Shown: in pieces, positions 54,880 through 64,000 of the stretch
Numbering within the stretch: position 1 is the first letter of the stretch
Layout: every line of letters starts with the position of its first letter
Source of the DNA: Planctomycetota bacterium
GTDB lineage: Bacteria; Planctomycetota; PLA2; JAEUHO01
Assembly: GCA_965222115.1 (NCBI GenBank)
Contig: CBDCTJ010000007.1
Coordinates: forward strand, 1,792,001-1,856,000
DNA length: 64,000 nt
Direction: 5' to 3'
Program-made: the position numbers and the translations under genes
Notes under the pieces: generated by a model
Seen by the model: only the letters and a program-made list of their open reading frames with translations
Database searches by the model: none
Told to the model about the DNA's origin: nothing

Positions 54880-57726
54880 GTGAATGCCGCCGCTCCCCCG
54901 CCCAATATGGAAATCGCCTGGCGGCGCGAGTGGACTATCGCCGTGACTGACGCGGCAGATCCCATATACCAGTTTCGCCGCGGACACATGGGGCTGGTGT
55001 GCCTGCTTAGTTTCGTATTCCTGATGGGCGTCGGCAATCTCGCGATACTTGCGTGGCTCCATCGACCAACGCCTAGGTCGCTACCGGAGATCGGCGCTCG
55101 TACCGAAGAGGCGTCGCCCTTCTTCTTGGCCGTCATTGATGGATTGCGCGAAGGTTCAGCGTGGGCAATCGACGACTCACCCATGCCGTGGCTTCGGGAG
55201 TTCGCCAAGCAGGGTGTTTGGGGGGTGTCGATTACCGGTGAACCTACGCTCACGGCGCCGTGCGTGCGCTGCATCATTTCCGGTCGCCGTCCCGACTTGA
55301 TTACTGGCTTTCAGAACTTCGATGCACCCAAGGCGCCCGGTTCGATCATTGAGTATCTCGTGAAGCGTGGCGCACGCGCGGCCCATGGCGGCGATGCGGC
55401 CGTGTACCAGATGTGTCGCGACTATTACCAACCCGAGTCCGCTTATCAAGTACCCGATCGCGGGCCCGTGGATCAAGGGGAGACCGATCGCATTGCGGTC
55501 CCGTTCGTGTTGGCGCGTATTGAAGACGGACACGATCTCATCACGCTGCATCTCACGTCGCCCGACCACGCGGGTCACAAATATGGCGCAACGGGTCGGC
55601 ACTACTGGGAAGCCTGTCGATTTGTTGATGACAAGCTCAAGGCTTCCGTCAGTGCATTTCGCGTCAAGTATCCCAACGGGACGGTGTGTATCGCTTCTGA
55701 TCACGGCATGTCCGACATGGGAACGCACGGCGGTGGAGAAGAAGTCGCACGGCGTGCGCCGTTCTGCTTGGTTGGTCCTGGGTTCCTGCCACGCGGTCCC
55801 GTGGAAACCAATCAGAGTTCGATTGCGCCCACGATTTGTGCCGCACTGGGCTTGCCACAACCTCCCCTCGCCGATGCTCCACCGGAAGTGGATTGGCTAC
55901 AGGAAAGCCCCACGGAACAGCGTGCGATCTTGCGCGACTACTTGGAAGCGCGTGCGCAGGTGGCGCGTGATGTGAGCGGGCTGAACGTGGACTTTGTAGA
56001 ACGGCGGCGCGCGCTTCGAACGGTCCAAGATAGCGACATGACCGATCGTCTGCGTATCGAGTCGCTCATCGCCGAAGTCGAGAACATGGTGAATCCGAGG
56101 CATACGTTGCCTTCGGTGATGGCGCTACTTGTTTCGCTGCTCGGTCTCATATGGCTTGTATATGTTCATCACGCGAGTCGCCTGACGCGAGGAACGTTGT
56201 GGATGTGTGCCATCGCAGCGCTGGCCGCGGCGCATTTGCTGGGTGCGATTCCCGGAGTCTCCCCCGCGTCGGTGTGGCTGGCGAGTGGGGTAAGCCTATT
56301 GGTAATTGGGGGTGCGGCGTGCCTGGCACCGAGGCGTATGCAATTTTCGGTGATCGCCGTGGCGTGTGCCGCTGTGCTGTTCGCGATTCCGGTGCTTGCA
56401 GGCACCGGACACACGTTTCAATCCACATGGGAGCGATTCACGGTTCGAACGCCGGCCACGGAACACGTCTTGTTCGCCACGCTGGTGGGTTCGGCGCTGG
56501 TCTTCTTCTTGGCTCACGGCATATGGAGAAGTCACAGACGGAACGGCGCAACTGCGCGAGGCCGTGCCAAACCGGTTCTGTTGGCTATGCTCGGTGGTGC
56601 GTCTGTGGGTGGGCTCCTCTCGCTGCGGCCATTCGTTCAGCCGATTCTGACTACGAAGGAGTTCATCGCCATTGCCGCGAGCATCATGCTTTGGCTGTGG
56701 TTGCGACGCAGTGGCGCAGGCAAATGGCGTCAAGCGTTCGTACTCGGCGGATCATTGCTTGTGATTTGGGTGCCGCGTATTGCTGAGCGCAGCCTAGATG
56801 ATCACTGGATTGGCGCTGTACCTGCGAAAGACACCCTGTGGTTGCTTGCGGGATTGATTGTTACATGCGTCGTTGTGGCCCTCGCCTGGACTCGTAAGAC
56901 AGGTTGGCGTCTTACAGGATTTGCGGTGAGTTGTCTCACGCTGGTCTTCCTGTTTCGGTTCACCAACGATGTGTGTCGTCAGGCGTGGTTTGGCGAAACC
57001 GGTGCTATTACCGCTGCGCTCTTGACCACCGCTTTGCCCTTGATACTTTTGCTCATTTCTTTGCGCGTAGCGTCGCCAAAGGTCCAGTGGTGGTTGCGTC
57101 TAGTTGCTGCCCTGGCGCTCGCCCGCCGACTGTCGGTCAAGGACGCGGAGTTCCTAGTGTATGCGTGTGCGGGCTGCATTGCGCATGGCGCCTCCGCGCT
57201 ACGTTTGCCGCACGCTCGTTGGCGCATCGCGTGGCTGGCGATCGTCGTGATTGTGATTCGCACGGCGCTCTTTCATGCGATGGGATTCATTGAGAGCTTC
57301 AGCACCCTGGACGTGGGGCAAGCATTCGAGGGACTGGGCACCGCGCGCAATACCGTGCCCAATCGTGTGGGGGGTATGACGTGGCAGATTGTTGTTGCCA
57401 CTGCACAAATGGTGATTCGCATGGCGTTGCCGTGGGTGTTGTTGTTGGGTGTGCTCGTACGCATGGCATCGAACTCAGGTAAGTACGGACTCAACACGGT
57501 GCGTACATCGGTTGCGGATATTGCAGTGGGACTTGCCGGTCGCGGCGCATTCATTGTGTGGGCGATTTGGGTGTGGTGGCGCAATGCGTGGTGGACCGGG
57601 TATGCGCAAACCGTCTACGCCTATGCCGCCGCCGACATCCTACTCATCGTAGGTGTCGCGTTCCTCATGGGCGTGTTTGCGCGCGATGACTATTCGTCAA
57701 GCAAGGCTGGGCTTTCGCCTGCCTGA
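54880..57726 (+). CDS. Alkaline-phosphatase-superfamily multi-TM protein, GPI ethanolamine-phosphate transferase (PIG-G/PIG-O)-like
   Basis: AVIDGLR, PTLTAP, DHAGHKYG, SDHGMSDMGTHGG, then more than 10 TM segments with FHAMGFIESFSTLDVGQAFEGL; start may be 54943 or 54988. Confidence 0.8.
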   Translation: MNAAAPPPNMEIAWRREWTIAVTDAADPIYQFRRGHMGLVCLLSFVFLMGVGNLAILAWLHRPTPRSLPEIGARTEEASPFFLAVIDGLREGSAWAIDDSPMPWLREFAKQGVWGVSITGEPTLTAPCVRCIISGRRPDLITGFQNFDAPKAPGSIIEYLVKRGARAAHGGDAAVYQMCRDYYQPESAYQVPDRGPVDQGETDRIAVPFVLARIEDGHDLITLHLTSPDHAGHKYGATGRHYWEACRFVDDKLKASVSAFRVKYPNGTVCIASDHGMSDMGTHGGGEEVARRAPFCLVGPGFLPRGPVETNQSSIAPTICAALGLPQPPLADAPPEVDWLQESPTEQRAILRDYLEARAQVARDVSGLNVDFVERRRALRTVQDSDMTDRLRIESLIAEVENMVNPRHTLPSVMALLVSLLGLIWLVYVHHASRLTRGTLWMCAIAALAAAHLLGAIPGVSPASVWLASGVSLLVIGGAACLAPRRMQFSVIAVACAAVLFAIPVLAGTGHTFQSTWERFTVRTPATEHVLFATLVGSALVFFLAHGIWRSHRRNGATARGRAKPVLLAMLGGASVGGLLSLRPFVQPILTTKEFIAIAASIMLWLWLRRSGAGKWRQAFVLGGSLLVIWVPRIAERSLDDHWIGAVPAKDTLWLLAGLIVTCVVVALAWTRKTGWRLTGFAVSCLTLVFLFRFTNDVCRQAWFGETGAITAALLTTALPLILLLISLRVASPKVQWWLRLVAALALARRLSVKDAEFLVYACAGCIAHGASALRLPHARWRIAWLAIVVIVIRTALFHAMGFIESFSTLDVGQAFEGLGTARNTVPNRVGGMTWQIVVATAQMVIRMALPWVLLLGVLVRMASNSGKYGLNTVRTSVADIAVGLAGRGAFIVWAIWVWWRNAWWTGYAQTVYAYAAADILLIVGVAFLMGVFARDDYSSSKAGLSPA

Positions 57727-60428
57727 CTCGACGTGGCTTTCCGCCACGCCTCATCCACTTTGCCGGTTTCGATGTCGAAGTCGTCGCCAAAGAGATCGGG
57801 AATGTCGGCCATGCGGGATGTGGCTTCGTCTTCGTTGGGTGCGCCGGATACATAACGAAGTGTGTGGCGCCCGGTGCGTATGGCCAATCCATCCACGAGC
57901 AATCGACGATCGCGGCTGCCCGACTCGCTGCGCGACACAATCATGGGGCCCACGCGTGTGGGTTGAATCGTTGCAACCGTTTCACCGGCTCCGCCAATCG
58001 ATAACTTGCCGCGTTTCGTCGCGTGCAACGTTGCCTTTCTGCGGCCAATCGAATCGAGGGGGAGTCGTCCCACCGCACGATCCACACCGTCCACGGTGTA
58101 AAGCAACGTGCCCTTGACGGGTGGGGGACGAAACTGCATCACCGTGACCAGTCCAAGCAGCGCTGCCAAGGCACCCAGCCCCAAGAACAGCCAACCGGTG
58201 GACTTCACCTTGGCCGGCGTCGAAACCGTGGCGGTGGCGCTTTCGTCCACGTCCTGGCCCCGCCATGCAAACGAAAAGGACGCAGTTTCGTTGCGTGCCG
58301 AAAACGAATCCGGCTTTGCGCCCTTCCATGCACCGCTGGGTTCTAGCTGCCACTTGCCCGGCGAAAGCAGGCGCAACGTCCAGTCCTGTAGGGTTCGGGG
58401 CGTGGCGGTCACCGTGGGCGAAATCTCCATCAGGCGCAGTAGCGCATCGCCGGTGATGCCGTCGGGGTCCAGCGACAGCCGGATCGCATGAATGCCGGTG
58501 AGTTTGCCCTCGGCCACATCGTACGCCGCATGATTTGGCTCCACGACGATGCGCGGAGAACGCAACCCAATTGAAAACGTCACGGTTCCGTCAATCGAAA
58601 TGCCCGACGGATACATGGCTGTAACCGTTACCTCCGCGGATCCGCTCAAATCGGGCAGCGCCTTCGCATTTTTGAGCCTTGCAGACAATGCATAGCGGAT
58701 GTCGCGCGAGAGCTTAGTTCCTCGGTCCCAGGCAATCGGTCTAGCGCGCTTCGCTTCGCTCATTGCTGTAAACGCGACGTGCGGCTTCCATGCTTCCGGT
58801 GACACGGTTGCTCTCAACTGGATGAAATCGGGTGTCATGCTATTCAGATCGCGCACCACGAGGTTGATCTCCTCGGGCGCATCGCCCTGGGGCAACAATT
58901 GAGGCGTGGCTCCACCGATCAAGACAAGTCGAGCGCGTGGATCGGCGGGTGCGCACGCATACGAGATTGATAGTGTGCCTTTGTATTCGCTCTTCGTGAC
59001 AAGCGAAATCACGCCTCTGCTCGCTCCCATGTAGCCGCGTTTCGGGTGATACGAAACGGTTAGAGGTAGGCCGCGTACGCCAGGGCGGAGCAGCTTCGGT
59101 GACCCTAACTTTACTTTCATACCGGCCTTTAGTTGATTGCCCACGTGCCACGTTGGGGCTCGTTCACCCGTGTCCGACGGAATGTCGGTGTATGCAATGA
59201 CATAGTCGGCCGTCGCAGGTGACGCGGACGTAACCCCCGTAGCTTGGAACGCCGTTGGGGCCGAACCATCCGCACGTTGGAGTACTGCCTCGCGCTTGGG
59301 CTCCGGCCATGACGCTTCAACCGAATCTGGCAACTGCCCGAAAAACAACACGCGTTCCGTTGTTTGCTCTTCGTCGCGAGTGACGCTCACCGAAAGTTCC
59401 GTGGCCGCCATGTCGTCGCGTGTGATCTGTGCATTGATCATTCCCGTGTCGGGGTCAATCGTTGTTCTGAGCTTGTCGCCGTCGCGATTCGTGGCTATCG
59501 AAATCGGAATGGGCGGTGGGCGGTCACCCCATGTAACGGACGAGGTTGCCACCGAGACGTTGGCAAGCAGTCCGCGGATGTCGCTTCTGCTGGTCCCCAT
59601 TAACGACGCAGGCGGATCACACGTTACCTGCGGCGAACCAACTTCGGTCACGATCCGTCCGGCAGGTTGCCAGCCGCGTGCTGGTGCATCCTCGTTCTCA
59701 AGCACGGCCCGCGCGTCGTCGCTCAATCCGAACGCGATGATCTTGGTCCCTTTGGGCGCATCCTCGTTCCATTTCTCGACACCCGCTTCGAGTTCCTTGC
59801 GATCGTTCTTGCTCTGCCCAGCCGTCGTAAACGGACCGACCAAGACAAGCCATTGCGCAAGTGATTTGCCGCGCCTTCGTCGGGCGACACCAAGTGCGAT
59901 ACCCACGCCGGTGGGTCGCTTGAAATCGAAGTACTGGCTTTCCTCAATGGACGCGAGCCCTTTGTCGTCGAATGCGATCTCGCGCAGTTGCGCCAAGTTG
60001 TCGGACGTGGAGGTGACGGCTACGGCCTTGGCCCGCATGCCCAGTGCGATGAGTGGGTCAACGAATGCGCGCGCACGGGCGAGGTGTTCTTTCGCATCGT
60101 CTTTGGCGGCGATACCACGATCGATCACAACAAGGATCTGCGCCTTAGGGACATGGACCTTGTTCTCGTCCTCTTTCTTCTTGTCTTCGTCGGCCCAAAT
60201 CGTGCCCAGTAGATTCGCTGCGAAAATGAGGCAGAGCATCCATCGGATCGTTACTTGGCCTGCCATGCAGGCATGGGACGGGGATGCGCGCGAGGTCATG
60301 ATGATGCCGATCTTCCCCCGAGACGATGGGAAGTCACATAACTTTGACCTGGAACCGACCCACTTACGCAGACGATTGGCGACCGCAGAGCTCGCGAAAC
60401 GTGCAGACGGCACACTTGCTAAGGTCAT
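57690..60428 (-). CDS. Large secreted protein with C-terminal TM and short cytoplasmic domain
   Basis: Signal peptide (WMLCLIFAANLLGTIWA), vWA-like QILVVIDRG start, beta-rich middle, TM WLFLGLGALAALLGLV; true start probably 60238-60298. Confidence 0.7.
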   Translation of the reverse strand: MTLASVPSARFASSAVANRLRKWVGSRSKLCDFPSSRGKIGIIMTSRASPSHACMAGQVTIRWMLCLIFAANLLGTIWADEDKKKEDENKVHVPKAQILVVIDRGIAAKDDAKEHLARARAFVDPLIALGMRAKAVAVTSTSDNLAQLREIAFDDKGLASIEESQYFDFKRPTGVGIALGVARRRRGKSLAQWLVLVGPFTTAGQSKNDRKELEAGVEKWNEDAPKGTKIIAFGLSDDARAVLENEDAPARGWQPAGRIVTEVGSPQVTCDPPASLMGTSRSDIRGLLANVSVATSSVTWGDRPPPIPISIATNRDGDKLRTTIDPDTGMINAQITRDDMAATELSVSVTRDEEQTTERVLFFGQLPDSVEASWPEPKREAVLQRADGSAPTAFQATGVTSASPATADYVIAYTDIPSDTGERAPTWHVGNQLKAGMKVKLGSPKLLRPGVRGLPLTVSYHPKRGYMGASRGVISLVTKSEYKGTLSISYACAPADPRARLVLIGGATPQLLPQGDAPEEINLVVRDLNSMTPDFIQLRATVSPEAWKPHVAFTAMSEAKRARPIAWDRGTKLSRDIRYALSARLKNAKALPDLSGSAEVTVTAMYPSGISIDGTVTFSIGLRSPRIVVEPNHAAYDVAEGKLTGIHAIRLSLDPDGITGDALLRLMEISPTVTATPRTLQDWTLRLLSPGKWQLEPSGAWKGAKPDSFSARNETASFSFAWRGQDVDESATATVSTPAKVKSTGWLFLGLGALAALLGLVTVMQFRPPPVKGTLLYTVDGVDRAVGRLPLDSIGRRKATLHATKRGKLSIGGAGETVATIQPTRVGPMIVSRSESGSRDRRLLVDGLAIRTGRHTLRYVSGAPNEDEATSRMADIPDLFGDDFDIETGKVDEAWRKATSSQAGESPALLDE

Positions 60429-61317
60429 CGGTCATCGGGAAGTCATCCGAACGCGCGACGTTGACATCGGGGTTTGCGAGCTTGGCTTTCATGGCGCGAA
60501 TGCTCGTTCGCATGAGGTCGCGCGTTTCCGCGATATCGTCCTGCGTCACCTGAAAGGGAAACACCTGACAGTCGTCGCCCAAGTAGACCAAGTGATTGGT
60601 GACGTGATTTGGGTTCGCACCGTATGCGGCTTCGACATAGAGCGTGTAGCAAACAAGTTGCGCTCGATTGCCGTCGGGTGTCACAGCGCCCGTCTTCCAA
60701 TCGTAGATGTTGACGCCATCCCCGTCGGTGCGACTCGCGAAGTCAAGCACGGCCCACACGTCTACGCCATCGAAGCGGAAATTGTCGAGCTTCTCAATGG
60801 GGAGCCACATCCGGGTGTCACTGGTGCGAATTTCATTGAATAGCGGACTGCGTAGAAACGCTTGAAGCGCGCGAATCGCCTTCGCATTGACTGCGGCCCA
60901 ATCATCTCGCGTTAGCGGTTCATCGTAGTGATGCTCGGCCAGCCCCACTTTGTGCTTGGGCCTTCGGCGGTAGTCGCCGTCGCGACTCTCGAGCCACTGA
61001 CGTCGCATCGTTTCCGTTAGGCGCTCGACTTCTTTGTTGGGATCGATATCGGCAGACTCAAAGAGCAGGCCGTCGCCGCTCCCGCCCTTCTGTACTTGCC
61101 GCAATATGCCTTCAATAGCTTCGTGAACCACGGTGCCGACCCACGTCCATCGCGTGTGAAGGTTCTTGAGCATGTATGCGCGGCGTGCTTCGGGATCGGC
61201 ATCATGACTCCAGCCGCCCCACGATCCGTAGTACGTCCACCAGTACTGCCGCGCGCAGTAGTCAAAGGTGCGTCCGCGTGAGACGGACCACGTGAAATTG
61301 TTCTTGAGCTCGGCCAC
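60364..61317 (-). CDS. PD-(D/E)XK nuclease (AddB/Cas4-like, Fe-S Cys motif)
   Basis: WSVSR..FDYCARQY, GTVVHE, LDF, IYDWKTG, QLVCY, CAVCTFRELC. Confidence 0.88.
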   Translation of the reverse strand: MAELKNNFTWSVSRGRTFDYCARQYWWTYYGSWGGWSHDADPEARRAYMLKNLHTRWTWVGTVVHEAIEGILRQVQKGGSGDGLLFESADIDPNKEVERLTETMRRQWLESRDGDYRRRPKHKVGLAEHHYDEPLTRDDWAAVNAKAIRALQAFLRSPLFNEIRTSDTRMWLPIEKLDNFRFDGVDVWAVLDFASRTDGDGVNIYDWKTGAVTPDGNRAQLVCYTLYVEAAYGANPNHVTNHLVYLGDDCQVFPFQVTQDDIAETRDLMRTSIRAMKAKLANPDVNVARSDDFPMTDDLSKCAVCTFRELCGRQSSA

Positions 61318-61627
61318 CGTGGAAAGATAGTCCGAAAGCGTGGGGACCAAGCGCATTGCCTTGACCATCCGCCGCGCCGTGTGACGGCTTGCGCCCAATC
61401 TGCCTACACCTCATGCCCACCGTAGGGGCGTTGGCGCCTGCCGCAAAGGTGGATGTCGCGTTTCACGCGTCGTCCCAATGACTCATGGTGTCCGCATCAA
61501 TTCCATCCAAGGATCCGCAAATGGTGGCGGAACCATGAACGCGGGCTAGATTGGTGCGCGACGGTCAGAGGCGCCGCAGGGTTGTGTTGAGGCTGGCGGC
61601 GTTTCACTAGATGGGAGATTATGCCGG

Positions 61628-62638
61628 ATGACACATCGCATAAAGACAATGCGCCGGATGACAAGGCAGGGTGTAAGTCGATCGTTGATGACCGTTGGAA
61701 TGGGACTCGTTGTTGCATGCTCCTTGACCGCGCTGGCGGGTTCAGCGCATGGCGAGGATTATGGCGGTGGGGGGTATGGACCGCCGGTCATGAAGAAGCG
61801 CAAGGTCAATAAGGCGTTCTACTTGATCAACAAGACCAAATACGATATGTGTTACTGGCTCGCGTGGGACAGCATTCACACGCGTGACACCGTTGACTAC
61901 TACGGTGAGAAGAAGCGTTCTGAACATCCCGTCTACAAGGTCGAGGGTCGCCACCGCATCAAGCCGTGGGGCAAGGTACTCATTCGCCACGTACCCAAGC
62001 GCACCGCCTACCTATTTGTCATGCTTCAAAAGGACGGGGCGTGGACGCCGTACCCCATTGGCGTGGGCGGCCCCACGCTGCCCGTGATTCAATCCGATCA
62101 AAACACCTACAAGGTGATGAAGAAAACGGGCAAGCTCCTAAAGGCAGCGCCTCGGCACGTGGCGATGTCCAACGGTGCGTTCAGTGCACACCGAATTGCA
62201 AAGTGGGAACCGCCAAACGAGATCGAGGTCGTCTGGAAGAGCGACGAGGCCGACGAAGTCGTTCACGAGCATAAGGGTCCCCCCGCCCATATGCCCACCC
62301 CGTGGACGCAAACCGCCAAACTGCATGAGTACCGCGGGTTGTCACACAAGGAAGTTGAGATCGCTTTCAAGCATCTCAAGGCAAAGGGTTGGCGACCGAC
62401 CGACTTCAAACCCAAGCAGGGCACCACGTCGGTCACGTACGACATGACGCTCGTTAAGAAGAAGGGCCCCGATTGGGCGTGGTCGATTCACGTGGAGCCT
62501 GCGCGCTGGTCTGGCATTGACCGTGCATGGAAAGACAAGCACTACAAGGACGACATGGCGGGTGCCTACAAGGTGGCTGGCAAGGCCTACCGCTGGGCGA
62601 TCTGGATACAGGACGTACCCAAGGTCGTACGGCGATAA
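61628..62638 (+). CDS. Secreted hypothetical protein with C-terminal BTRD1-like tandem repeats
   Basis: Signal peptide ending AHG-E; YRGLSHKEV..F..LKAKGWRP...KKKGPDW and YRWAIW pattern; start uncertain. Confidence 0.55.
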   Translation: MTHRIKTMRRMTRQGVSRSLMTVGMGLVVACSLTALAGSAHGEDYGGGGYGPPVMKKRKVNKAFYLINKTKYDMCYWLAWDSIHTRDTVDYYGEKKRSEHPVYKVEGRHRIKPWGKVLIRHVPKRTAYLFVMLQKDGAWTPYPIGVGGPTLPVIQSDQNTYKVMKKTGKLLKAAPRHVAMSNGAFSAHRIAKWEPPNEIEVVWKSDEADEVVHEHKGPPAHMPTPWTQTAKLHEYRGLSHKEVEIAFKHLKAKGWRPTDFKPKQGTTSVTYDMTLVKKKGPDWAWSIHVEPARWSGIDRAWKDKHYKDDMAGAYKVAGKAYRWAIWIQDVPKVVRR

Positions 62639-62659
62639 TCGCGTCGAACCGCGACGGTA

Positions 62660-63652
62660 CTAGCCGAGCGCGAGCATGCGATCCACGGGAATACGTGCGC
62701 GTTCGGCGATGTCCTTGGGGACGGTGACCTCGGGTTTGAGATCGCGCAAGCAGAGGTAGAGCTTTTCCATGGTGTTGAGCCGCATGTAGGGGCATGTGGC
62801 GCATAAGCAGCCCGACGCGGGGGGCGCACAGACGATTTCCAAATCGGGTCGTTTGGTTTCCATCTGATGCTGTACGCCCATCTCGGTGGCAACGATAAAC
62901 TTGCCGCCCTTCGGGCTGGTCACCACGTGGTTGATGAGCTTGGAGGTGGAGCCGATGAAGTCGGCAATGTCGAGCACGGCCTGTTCACACTCGGGATGAG
63001 CGACCAACTTGGCGTCCGGATGTGCGTCCTTGAGCGCCAAGATGCGGCGAGCCGTGTACTGCTCGTGCACTACGCAAAAGCCCGGCCACTTCACCATCTC
63101 GCGACCGGTTTGCTTCTCCACCCAACGCCCAAGGTGTCGGTCCGGACAAAACACGATTCCCTTGTCCTTGGGGAGGCTCTCAACAACACGCACGGCGTTG
63201 CTGGACGTGCAAATGATGTCGCTCATGGCTTTGATAGCGGCCGACGTGTTGATGTAGCTCACCACCAAGTGATCGGGGTACTTCGCAAGCCACTCACCGA
63301 ATAGATCGGGCGGGCAACGATCGGCGAGACTGCAACCCGCGTCGGTGTCGGGCATAACGACTTTCTTGTCGTAGTTGAGAATCTTGGCGGTCTCCGCCAT
63401 GAAGTGCACGCCACAAAAGACAATCACATCCGCGTCGGTCGCTTCGGCTTGCTGGGAAAGGCCCAGGCTGTCTCCCACGTAATCGGCCAAGTCCTGAATC
63501 TCGCCGTCCTGGTAGTAGTGCGCGAGAATGATCGCATTTTGCTCTTTTCGAAGACGTGCAATCTCGGCGTCGATGTCGATGGACGGGTCGATGGATTCCC
63601 GCGTGGGAATCTCAGTAGGGAGCGGCATGGAAGGAATGTCGAGTTCGGGCAT
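62660..63652 (-). CDS. nadA: Quinolinate synthase
   Basis: ILAHYYQ, GDSL, FCGVHFMAETAKILN, AGCSLA, YINTSA, CTSSNA, HPEC, GST, CPYM. Confidence 0.97.
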   Translation of the reverse strand: MPELDIPSMPLPTEIPTRESIDPSIDIDAEIARLRKEQNAIILAHYYQDGEIQDLADYVGDSLGLSQQAEATDADVIVFCGVHFMAETAKILNYDKKVVMPDTDAGCSLADRCPPDLFGEWLAKYPDHLVVSYINTSAAIKAMSDIICTSSNAVRVVESLPKDKGIVFCPDRHLGRWVEKQTGREMVKWPGFCVVHEQYTARRILALKDAHPDAKLVAHPECEQAVLDIADFIGSTSKLINHVVTSPKGGKFIVATEMGVQHQMETKRPDLEIVCAPPASGCLCATCPYMRLNTMEKLYLCLRDLKPEVTVPKDIAERARIPVDRMLALG

Positions 63653-63773
63653 GACAGGGCGTCTCCGGGCGTGAGCACGAACGTTTACACCGCGTCGAGC
63701 TCAGCACAGGGAAGCATAGCGCAGCGTCGACGATCGGCGAGGGGGTAGCTGTTTCGCAACCTCGAAAATGACG

Positions 63774-64000
63774 CTAATCGGACGCCTCGCGGCGTTCTGG
63801 AAGCGAGCCAGCAACAAAGGGTCCCTCGGGGAGGATCGCGGAGGCGTGACGAACAAGATGAGGCACTACCTCAGAAATGTTCACGGGGCGATTTAGGCAC
63901 TCAACCATCGAGGTCATCACGCCGCCATCGAGGCCGCACGGGCGAAACTGACGAAAGACGGCCAAGTCGGTTGACACGTTGAGCGCCAGGCCGTGCCACG
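63774..64000 (-). CDS. lipB: Lipoyl(octanoyl) transferase, C-terminal part (5' end outside window)
   Basis: Extending the ORF upstream gives WHGLALNVSTDLAVFRQFRPCGL...MTS, the LipB HGxALN/PCG motif. Confidence 0.85.
   Translation of the reverse strand, partial: WHGLALNVSTDLAVFRQFRPCGLDGGVMTSMVECLNRPVNISEVVPHLVRHASAILPEGPFVAGSLPERREASD

Noticed and set aside
59296-60843. 515-aa plus-strand ORF
   Set aside because: Ser/Ala/Arg-rich antisense shadow of two better-supported minus-strand genes

Overview
GC-rich bacterial chromosome segment, most consistent with a Planctomycetota/PVC organism. That call is inferred from the planctomycete-style ECF sigma/Ser-Thr kinase modules, the secreted thioredoxin-fold and carboxypeptidase-regulatory-like proteins, and the lpx genes. 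Housekeeping genes are mutY, purD, fur, tadA, lysS, lpxD, lpxB, a uvrA-like gene, nadA, partial lipB, tRNA-Arg(TCT) and tRNA-Ser(CGA). They alternate with accessory blocks: an arsS plus fused glycosyltransferase pair, diverged secreted beta-sandwich paralogs, a DUF6502/DUF5666 locus with a clear operator pair, and a kinase/pseudokinase-STAND/ECF block. The best candidate for an undescribed system is a tandem array (12127-15170, minus strand) of five small Cys-rich lipoprotein genes, several also Pro-rich. Two of the five are missing from the ORF track and four have their own terminator. Their motifs recall chlamydial OmcA, and secreted thioredoxin-fold proteins and a lipoprotein PPIase lie nearby, which suggests a disulfide-crosslinked envelope layer. 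Also notable are a full-length PIG-G/PIG-O-like phosphoethanolamine transferase and a LysRS fused to a degenerate HD domain. No database searches were run; family calls come from motif recognition.
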